In this document: one piece after another, positions 45,825-52,671 of the stretch
How the letters are laid out: each line of letters opens with the position of its first letter
How positions within the stretch are numbered: the stretch's first letter is position 1
Source of the DNA: a bacterium
GTDB lineage: Bacteria > Eisenbacteria > RBG-16-71-46
DNA length: 52,671 bases
NCBI GenBank assembly: GCA_043779265.1
Contig: JAYWEM010000179.1
Location: 1-52,671, forward strand
Direction of reading: 5' to 3'
Translations under genes and position numbers: made by a program
The notes under the pieces: model-generated
What the model was told of the DNA's origin: nothing
Database searches by the model: none
Seen by the model: only the letters and a program-made list of their open reading frames with translations

Positions 45825-47900
45825 TCAGCCGGCGAGCAGCCCTGCGCGCGCGTCGGCCTCGACGCTCTCGGTCGCCTCGGTGTAGGACCGATGGCTGCCG
45901 GCGTGCAGGATGACCTCGCTCGACTTGGGGCGGACGCGCGGATCGCGAGCGAGGAACCGCTGCGACCACGCCTCGAGCGACAGCCAGCGCCAGATCTGGA
46001 GACCGATGTCGCGGCGACCGGCGAGGTAGTCGTCGAGCGCGGAGTCGACGGCCGCCCGCCGCACCCAGTCCTGGAAGGGCCCGGGACGCGTGAGCCGCTT
46101 GCGCACCTCTCCCGCGTACCGGCCGCGCAGCCACAGGTCGGTCGGCGTCTCGAATCCCATCTTGTCGCGCCGCGCGAGGATCGACTGCGGCACGCGGTCG
46201 GCGAAGGCGCGACGCAGAACCGCCTTCGTGGTGACGCCATCGAGTCGCTCGGAGTCGGGCAGCGAGAACGCCAGCTCGACGAGTCGATAATCGAGGAACG
46301 GCAACCGCGTCTCGATCCCGAACGCCATCGAGCTACGGTCCTCATAGCGGAGCAGACTCGGCAACTGCCGCACGGTCGTGTCGAACTCGAGATGGTCCCA
46401 CAGCGCGCTGCGACCACTTCGGCCCGCCTGGGGCACGAGTGACGGCTGCTTGGCGAGTATCGACGACAGCACCCGGTCCTTGCCCTGCCCGAGGCGACTG
46501 CGAAGCAGGCCGGTGAGGGGTGCGGGCAGCCAGGGCTGGAACGTGTGAAGCAACGTCGTGGCGAAGCCCAATCGATCGCTGACGCGGCCCCAGAGCGAGG
46601 CGAATCCGGCCCAGTCGCCGACCGAGATCAGATCGCGCAGCCGTGTCGGCAGATAACGATGGTAGCCGGCCAGGGTCTCATCGCCGCCCTGCCCATCGAG
46701 CAGGACCTTGAGGCCGGCACCCTGCGCCAGCTCCATGACCTTCCACTGCGAGTACACGCCCGGACCTGCAGTGGGCTCATCCTGCTGCATCGCCATGCGG
46801 TCGAACACGCTCCAGAAGTCCCCACCATCGGGAACGATGACGTGCGAGGCCGCGCCACTCGCCTCGACCGCGGCGCGGATCCACGGGCGCTCGTCGAATG
46901 CAGGGCCCTCATCGTAAGCGCACGAGAAGGCGTGCAGCCCCTTGTTCGCGAGCTTGGACGCGGTGGTGATCACGCCGCTCGAATCCAGCCCACCCGAGAG
47001 ACAGCAGCCCACTTCGACATCGGCGCGCAGCCGCAGGCGGACACTGTCGGTGAAGCGCTCGGCGTACAGCGATGCGAGCTCGGCGCTCGAGCCCTCGGTG
47101 CGGGCGCTCGGATCGAGCGACCACCAGCGCTCCGTGCGCATGCCGCCCTCGCCGATGCTCATCCAGTGAGCCGGCGGCAGCTGCCAGAGACCCTCGAACG
47201 TCGTGCGCGAGGCGTGATCCACCCAGTCGAGCGCGACGAGGTCCCGCACGGCGGGAAGATACGCGCTCAGGCGATGACGCTGCGTCATCACGAGCGCCTT
47301 GGGCTCGGAGGCGAACGCGAAGTGGACACCATCGTACTGATAGTAGAGCGGCTTGATTCCGAATCGGTCGCGCGCGAGGAACAGCCGCTTCGCCGCGCCG
47401 TCCCAGATCGCCAGCGCGAACATGCCATTGAAGTGATGCAGGCAATCGGTGCCCCACTGCCGGTAGGCGGCAAGCAACACTTCGGTGTCGGACGTGCCCA
47501 GGAAGCGATGCCCCAGCTTCTCGAGTTCGACTCGCAGCTCGACGTGGTTGTAGACCTCGCCGTTGTACACGATCCAATCGCGGCCGTCCGTGTCGCACAG
47601 CGGTTGATGGCCGGTCGGCTGGAGATCGACGATCGAGAGTCGGCGGTGCACGAGCCCGACGCGGTAGTCCGCGCTCGCCTGATCCCCCCGCGCGCGCGCA
47701 GGCGCCCAGGGCAGACCCGAACGGAACACGGCCGCGGGCGTGTCGGCCCCACCGTGCGTGAACGACTGTCCGTTCACCGGGTCGATGAGCACCATCCCCT
47801 CATCATCGGGGCCGCGGTGGCTCAGCAACTGCCCCATGGAGTGCAGGCGGCCCAGGTCCGCGCGTCCGTTGCGATCGAACAAGCCTGCGATGCCGCACAT
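45825..47900 (-). CDS. asnB: Asparagine-synthase-like amidotransferase (polysaccharide uronic-acid amidation, WbpS-like)
   Basis: MCGIAG, HRGPD, HRRLSI.DL, YNGEVYN, LSGGLDSS, DGQGGDE, RYEDR.SM, PFLDYR, DKMGF, in a glycan-cluster context. Confidence 0.9.
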   Translation of the reverse strand: MCGIAGLFDRNGRADLGRLHSMGQLLSHRGPDDEGMVLIDPVNGQSFTHGGADTPAAVFRSGLPWAPARARGDQASADYRVGLVHRRLSIVDLQPTGHQPLCDTDGRDWIVYNGEVYNHVELRVELEKLGHRFLGTSDTEVLLAAYRQWGTDCLHHFNGMFALAIWDGAAKRLFLARDRFGIKPLYYQYDGVHFAFASEPKALVMTQRHRLSAYLPAVRDLVALDWVDHASRTTFEGLWQLPPAHWMSIGEGGMRTERWWSLDPSARTEGSSAELASLYAERFTDSVRLRLRADVEVGCCLSGGLDSSGVITTASKLANKGLHAFSCAYDEGPAFDERPWIRAAVEASGAASHVIVPDGGDFWSVFDRMAMQQDEPTAGPGVYSQWKVMELAQGAGLKVLLDGQGGDETLAGYHRYLPTRLRDLISVGDWAGFASLWGRVSDRLGFATTLLHTFQPWLPAPLTGLLRSRLGQGKDRVLSSILAKQPSLVPQAGRSGRSALWDHLEFDTTVRQLPSLLRYEDRSSMAFGIETRLPFLDYRLVELAFSLPDSERLDGVTTKAVLRRAFADRVPQSILARRDKMGFETPTDLWLRGRYAGEVRKRLTRPGPFQDWVRRAAVDSALDDYLAGRRDIGLQIWRWLSLEAWSQRFLARDPRVRPKSSEVILHAGSHRSYTEATESVEADARAGLLAG

Positions 47901-47918
47901 GGACCGCTCCTCCCTGGA

Positions 47919-49352
47919 TCAGTGCCCCGCGCGGAGCGAGCCCGCGCGAGTGAACATGCCGAGTGCCCACGCCCATCCGGCGTGGACCACCAGTGCTGCG
48001 ATGCGAATGGCCCAGCCGGCGGCTCCCTCGGGAGCGAACCGGGTGGTGACCAGGCCGATGACGAGTGCGCCGAGGAACACGGCCGCCAGCCGCCACGGTC
48101 GATACGGCATCGGCCAGTAACGCTGGGAGACGGCGTACGTGAGCACAGCCGACAACGCATAGCCCGTGAATGTGGCGATGGCCGCACCCTCGACGCCCAT
48201 GCGCGGCACCAACAGCAGATTCGCGAGCCAGGCCACGAGCGCCGAGGCGCCTGCGGTCAGCCCCAGGATCGGATTGCGCAGTGCCAGACTGACGCCGAGA
48301 GCGGCGACATAGTAGGCACCCTGCGCCACCGCCGCAAAGCCGAGCCACAGCGCGGGACGGGCGGCTCCCGCGTAGTCGGCGCCGGCCAGCAGGAGCAGCG
48401 CCTCGGGGGCGAACAGGCCAGCCGCGAGCGCGAGCGCACTGGCCACCACGACGAACAGCGAGGCGATCCGGACGATCACCGCGGGAGCGCCTGGCTCCTG
48501 CGCCTTCGAGAATGCGAAGGGCATGAACGCGAGTTGGAAGGCCGAGACGCCCATGGTCACCACCGAGAAGAAGCGCATGGCGACGCCGTACACGCCGACG
48601 GCATCGAGTGAGGCCGCCTGCTGGAGTGTGTAGCGATCGGCGAAGCCGATCAATCCGTAGGCGAAGGCCACCGGCACGAGTGGCGCGCCGTAGCGGAGCA
48701 TCTGGACCAGCTGCGAGCGGTCGAACCCGCCGGTGAGATAGTGGCGTCCGAGCAAGGCACCGAGCAGCGCGGCGATGACGTCCCCCGCCAGTCGGCCATA
48801 GAGCACCCCCGCGACACCCATGTCGCGCACGAGCACGAGGTAGAGCGTGACGGCCGCGATGGTCACCGTCTGGGCCACCTGGAGCGCAGCGAACTTGCCC
48901 GGCTGGAACGTGACGCGCAGGACATCGCTCCAGAACAGCGTGAGCAGCGTGAACGGGATCGTCACCGCACCGATGCGCAGGTACTTCGCGTAGACGGCAC
49001 CGCCCAGCGCGTGCTCGGCGATCGGGTCGGCTGCGCTCCACAGGACGAGTGCCGCCGCGAGCCCGGTGACCAGCCGGAATGCCAGCGAGCTCGACACCAT
49101 GCGCACACGCGCCGCGTGCTCCTTCTGCTCGTAGAGGAAGCGCACGAGTGCGCCGTCCATGCCGAACACCAGAACCAGCAGGATGCTCTGCGAGTAGGCA
49201 ACGACGAGTTCATTGACGCCGAACTGCTGCGGCAGGAGCACGCGCGTCAGCACGGGCACCAGCAGGAGGTTCACGGCCTTCGCGAGCGCCTGCCCGCCGC
49301 CGTAGACGAGCGAGTCCCCCGAGAGGCGCTTCAACTGCTCGCGCAGGTTCAT
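47919..49352 (-). CDS. wzx: Wzx-type oligosaccharide flippase (MOP family)
   Basis: L...SLVYG, LLVP.LTR.L....FG, LRYG.PL, DRY.L.......VGVY, N.LLVP.MG..GAA.AT. Confidence 0.88.
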   Translation of the reverse strand: MNLREQLKRLSGDSLVYGGGQALAKAVNLLLVPVLTRVLLPQQFGVNELVVAYSQSILLVLVFGMDGALVRFLYEQKEHAARVRMVSSSLAFRLVTGLAAALVLWSAADPIAEHALGGAVYAKYLRIGAVTIPFTLLTLFWSDVLRVTFQPGKFAALQVAQTVTIAAVTLYLVLVRDMGVAGVLYGRLAGDVIAALLGALLGRHYLTGGFDRSQLVQMLRYGAPLVPVAFAYGLIGFADRYTLQQAASLDAVGVYGVAMRFFSVVTMGVSAFQLAFMPFAFSKAQEPGAPAVIVRIASLFVVVASALALAAGLFAPEALLLLAGADYAGAARPALWLGFAAVAQGAYYVAALGVSLALRNPILGLTAGASALVAWLANLLLVPRMGVEGAAIATFTGYALSAVLTYAVSQRYWPMPYRPWRLAAVFLGALVIGLVTTRFAPEGAAGWAIRIAALVVHAGWAWALGMFTRAGSLRAGH

Positions 49353-50359
49353 GACGCGCCGATCGAGCGGTACAGCTCGACGAGGCGGCGGGCGATGATG
49401 TGTGCATCGTGCTCGCGTTCGACATAGGCGCGCCCGGACTCCGCGAGGGCCCTTCGGCGCGGAGCGTCCTCGAGCAACGCCGCGATGTCGTCGGTCAGCG
49501 TGGCCTCGCTGCTCCGCACGAGTGGGCAGTCCTGGAGCCTCGACTCGAAGTCCTCGCGGATCCAGGCGAGTGCCGGTCGGCCCATCGCCATCGCCTCGAC
49601 GCTCACCATGCCGTACCAGCCCATGTTCGTCTGATCGACGAAGATGTCGCACTCCCCCATCGCACGTTGCAACTCACGCCAGTCCAGCTTCTCGACGATG
49701 CGGAACTCGACCGAGGGATAGCGTGGCCGCAACCGTTCGAAGGCCGCCTCGATGTGACGAGTGCCCTTGATGAGCCGATTGGTCGGCGCATGCAGCACGA
49801 GTTTGGGGATCTCGCGCGCCGGCGTCCACGGGTAGTCGGCGAGCCAGGCCGCGACGTGGATCTGTTGGGCGTTCGGGGCCGATTCGAGCAAGTCCGGCGT
49901 CGAGACGATCTCGGCATCCACATGCCGGGTGGCTTCGGCGAGGATGCGCTTCTGGCGCTTGGGCAGACAGAACGGCTTGCAGTCGGTGCACGTCGACCGG
50001 GCATGCGTCGCCAGCATGTGCGCGCGATTCCGCACATCACAACCATGGTAATGATGGACCACCTTGCGGCCGAGGGCATGGTAGAGCGGCAGATCGGGGT
50101 TGTGCGGTGGGATCAGCGTGCGCCCGAAGTGGAAGTGGAAGACATCCCACTTGCCCGCATGTCGGAGCAGGCTCGAAACGTAGCCCGCGTAGCGAATCGG
50201 CGGCGAGAACGTGTCGTAGAGCGGATGTTCGTCGATCATGTACTCGGCGAATGTCGCGTTGTAGGCGAGCGAATGGGCCTCGACCCCGATCTCGCGCAAC
50301 GCCCGAGCGAGGATGCTCGTCTGCCCCGCGATCTCGGCGGGTGCATGGAGCACTCTCAT
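49349..50359 (-). CDS. GT4-like glycosyltransferase
   Basis: HFHF, YHGCDVR, VSTPDL, HAPT....KGT, DQ...GWYG..SVEAMAMG.P. Confidence 0.85.
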   Translation of the reverse strand: MRVLHAPAEIAGQTSILARALREIGVEAHSLAYNATFAEYMIDEHPLYDTFSPPIRYAGYVSSLLRHAGKWDVFHFHFGRTLIPPHNPDLPLYHALGRKVVHHYHGCDVRNRAHMLATHARSTCTDCKPFCLPKRQKRILAEATRHVDAEIVSTPDLLESAPNAQQIHVAAWLADYPWTPAREIPKLVLHAPTNRLIKGTRHIEAAFERLRPRYPSVEFRIVEKLDWRELQRAMGECDIFVDQTNMGWYGMVSVEAMAMGRPALAWIREDFESRLQDCPLVRSSEATLTDDIAALLEDAPRRRALAESGRAYVEREHDAHIIARRLVELYRSIGAS

Positions 50360-51204
50360 CGCGGCCTCCCGAACGGATTCGCGCCACCGCACCACGGACA
50401 CTCCCATCGCTTCGGCCACGGGCGTTCGGCCTCCACGATGCTGTGCTCGCCACAATCGCGGCACACATGCGTCACTCGCCGCCCTCCCGGCAGGACCGCG
50501 GGAACGGGCGCGGCGCGCCCGGTGCGTTCGAACGTGAGCACGAAATTCGCTCGTGCCGCCAGGTCGAGCCCGGTGATGCGGTGCAGGGCCGCGAGCGAAT
50601 CGGTGAACGCGCCCTGAAGCGGTTTGGTGCGAGAATCGTTCATCCACGAGAACCCGGCCGGCACGAACGCGTGTGCCGTCACCTCGAGACCGCGCCCAGC
50701 GAATCGCGAGAGCAGCGATCGGAGGTCGAAGACCTGTTGGTGCTCGATCCGCTTCTTGAACTTGCCCAGTGCGTACTTGGCGAAGTGACCGGCGAATCGG
50801 TAGAGGCGATCGTCGAACGAGGCGCCGCGGGGCACGGAGAGGTAGAGCATCCCCCCCGGCCGAGTGACACGCGCCAGTTCATCGCAGCACTCCTCGAGCT
50901 CGCTGACGTGCTCGAGGACGTAGTGGCACACCGTGAGATCGAACAGACCCTCCCGTACCGGCAATCGCGCGAGATCGGCGCGGAACACCTGCACGCGGTC
51001 CGAGCGCTCGGGCGGACCGGGCGGGAACTTGATGTCGAACCCCGTGATGCGCAGATCGGGTCGGAGCGCGTAAGGCCATGAGTTCGGACCGCACCCGGCA
51101 TCGAGCACGCGCGCGCCCTGCGGCAGTGAGGCGATCACCTCGCGCAGGAAGACCGGGGGATCCTCGGCGCCGCGCTGGGGCTCTTGCGCATGGGCGCGGG
51201 TCAT
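50356..51204 (-). CDS. Class I SAM-dependent methyltransferase with C-terminal zinc ribbon
   Basis: VLDAGCG, ADLARLP, VLEHV, RVTRPGG, and C-terminal CRDC...CPWC. Confidence 0.85.
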   Translation of the reverse strand: MTRAHAQEPQRGAEDPPVFLREVIASLPQGARVLDAGCGPNSWPYALRPDLRITGFDIKFPPGPPERSDRVQVFRADLARLPVREGLFDLTVCHYVLEHVSELEECCDELARVTRPGGMLYLSVPRGASFDDRLYRFAGHFAKYALGKFKKRIEHQQVFDLRSLLSRFAGRGLEVTAHAFVPAGFSWMNDSRTKPLQGAFTDSLAALHRITGLDLAARANFVLTFERTGRAAPVPAVLPGGRRVTHVCRDCGEHSIVEAERPWPKRWECPWCGGANPFGRPR

Positions 51205-52112
51205 CGCCCGGCTCCCTCGATCGGGCGGCCCGAACAGGCCTCCCAGAGCGCGCGTGGCACGGCGGCTGCCGCCGCTGCGTGCCCGCGCACGAACAGCGAG
51301 AGCATCAGTGCCAGTTGCTGCGCGATGAAGGCAGGGCCCCAGGTGAGACGAGCGAGTCCGCGCGCGTGAGTGGACCACAGCGTCCAGTTGGCGCGCAGCC
51401 GATGATGGATCTTCCAGGCGTTGATCGCTCCGCCGGAGCTCGCGCTCACCTCGTGCCACAGTCGCGCGGTCGGGACGAACAGCAGGCGGAGGCCCGCTGC
51501 ACGGGCCCGCAGACTCCAGTCGGCATCCTCCGCATAGATGAAGTAGCGCTCATCGAGCAGCCCGACGCGCTGCCAGACTTCGCGCGTCGCCAGCAGGCAG
51601 CAGCCGGTCAGATAGCCGGTCTCCTCGATGCCGCGCCACTGCCCGCGGTCGCGCTCTCGGATGCCGACATGCGAGCTGTGCGCGATCCAGGGAGTGCATC
51701 GCCCACCCGCATACCATACGAGATCGCTGGGAGCGGCGTGGTAGATGAGCGGCGCCGCACCGCCGGCTTCGGGCGTCTGCTCGATCGCCAGGATCAGATG
51801 CTCGATCATGCCGGGATCGGCGAGGACGTCGTTGTTGATCAGCATGACGGCGTCATCCCCTCTCTCGAGCGCGCGTTCGAGACCGGCGTTGTTGCCGCCC
51901 GCGAAGCGTCGGTTCTCGGCCAGTGCGATCAACTCGACATGCGGGTAGTCCGCCGCGATCGCCGCGACCGTTCCGTCGGTGCTCGCATTGTCCACCACCA
52001 TGAGATGGAGGGCCCAGCCCGCCGGCATCCGGCTACGCGACAGGGAATCGAGTGTGGCGCGGGTCAGATCGAGTCCGTTCCACGCCAGCACCAGTGCCGT
52101 CACACGCTTCAC
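51201..52112 (-). CDS. GT2-family glycosyltransferase (WbbL/RfbF-like)
   Basis: WNG, VVDNASTDGT, N..FAGGNN.G, INND, GCCLL, YFIYAEDADWS.R. Confidence 0.9.
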   Translation of the reverse strand: MKRVTALVLAWNGLDLTRATLDSLSRSRMPAGWALHLMVVDNASTDGTVAAIAADYPHVELIALAENRRFAGGNNAGLERALERGDDAVMLINNDVLADPGMIEHLILAIEQTPEAGGAAPLIYHAAPSDLVWYAGGRCTPWIAHSSHVGIRERDRGQWRGIEETGYLTGCCLLATREVWQRVGLLDERYFIYAEDADWSLRARAAGLRLLFVPTARLWHEVSASSGGAINAWKIHHRLRANWTLWSTHARGLARLTWGPAFIAQQLALMLSLFVRGHAAAAAAVPRALWEACSGRPIEGAGR

Positions 52113-52671
52113 GCCGACTCCCCCTCGACGAGCGCATCGCGGACCCGGACCCACGCCCAGGCACTCGCGGCGAGCAGCGCGAGCGCCGCCGCGGCTAGCG
52201 GCTCGAAGGGCACTCCCGCGTAGGCGGCGTAGAGCCACCACAGGTCGATGCCGCGCCAGAGTTGCCGCTGATCCTCCACGCTCACGCCGAGTCGGGCATC
52301 CCCGCCGGCAGCATCGAGCTTCGGCCAGTCCCCCGCCAAGTGCGAGCGGAGGTTGGCCGAGAGCAGCGACCAGTGCCCGGCGATCGGCGAGTAGCGTGCG
52401 TTCCAGTGACTCGACTCCATGAAGCGCGGATGCTCGAGCGCCAGCTGATAGGGATAGTCCCCCACCACGCGCATCTGCACGCCGTAGTAGATCCCGACGC
52501 CGCCGAGTTGGACCACAAAGCCGCCGGCGGCGAGCAGCAAGGCGACTCGTCGTCGCCCACGGGAGGCTCCCGACAGGGCGAACGAGACGGCGAGCAAGAC
52601 GAGCGGGAGCAGCGGCACGAGGTAGCGTGGCCCCCACGACCCGTCACCACCCCAATGCTGGAACGTGGCGG
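52109..52671 (-). CDS. C-terminal part of a polytopic membrane protein, probably GT-C (partial)
   Basis: The frame is open to the window edge. It has WGGDGSWGPRYLVPLLP followed by TM helices, and its stop overlaps the GT2 start. Confidence 0.65.
   Translation of the reverse strand, partial: ATFQHWGGDGSWGPRYLVPLLPLVLLAVSFALSGASRGRRRVALLLAAGGFVVQLGGVGIYYGVQMRVVGDYPYQLALEHPRFMESSHWNARYSPIAGHWSLLSANLRSHLAGDWPKLDAAGGDARLGVSVEDQRQLWRGIDLWWLYAAYAGVPFEPLAAAALALLAASAWAWVRVRDALVEGESA

Noticed and set aside
45825..47900. AsnB as lasso-peptide cyclase or housekeeping asparagine synthetase
   Set aside because: It has an intact N-terminal Cys glutaminase domain, no precursor or B protein nearby, and sits among Wzx and GT genes.
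34171..48611. Long plus-strand ORFs 34171-36213 and 46545-48611, and minus-strand ORF 34277-36454
   Set aside because: Shadow or alternative frames over well-supported glycan genes.
1..52671. CRISPR arrays, tRNA/rRNA, transposases, integrases, defence systems
   Set aside because: No spaced repeat array or recognisable motif was seen, and intergenic gaps are short. A small ncRNA could still be missed without a covariance search.

Overview
GC-rich bacterial chromosomal window with no RNA genes, CRISPR array or mobile-element genes that I can recognise. Several secreted proteins end in a FlgD-Ig/T9SS-like C-terminal domain (PNP...GxY...RRxVxxR), which suggests an FCB-superphylum lineage such as Ca. 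Eisenbacteria (inference). Left to right: (i) a solo MglA-family GTPase with a long tail, bracketed by an exact 21-bp direct repeat; (ii) a PatA/PimA-like acyltransferase-glycosyltransferase-MFS operon; (iii) an MJ0042-type zinc-ribbon gene; (iv) a two-gene secreted-enzyme operon, made of an AA5 copper-radical oxidase with a Kelch propeller nested inside its catalytic propeller and a G14 tract that frameshifts its 5' end, plus an Asp-box propeller protein with an inserted PPC-like domain; (v) recG and rpmB; (vi) a dcw cluster (mraZ-STAS-rsmH-ftsL-ftsI-murE-murF-mraY-murD-ftsW-murG-murC-ftsQ-ftsA-ftsZ-TPR) lacking murB and ddl; (vii) an 18-kb-plus surface-glycan operon (Wzx, AsnB/WbpS-like amidotransferase, GNAT, GT2/GT4, Dpm1-like, YfhO and other GT-C-like proteins) that includes a PorZ-like propeller gene. 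The best candidate for an undescribed system is (vii), as a glycan-anchoring pathway for T9SS-like cargo outside Bacteroidota. All calls come from reading motifs by eye; no searches were run, and start codons are my best estimates.
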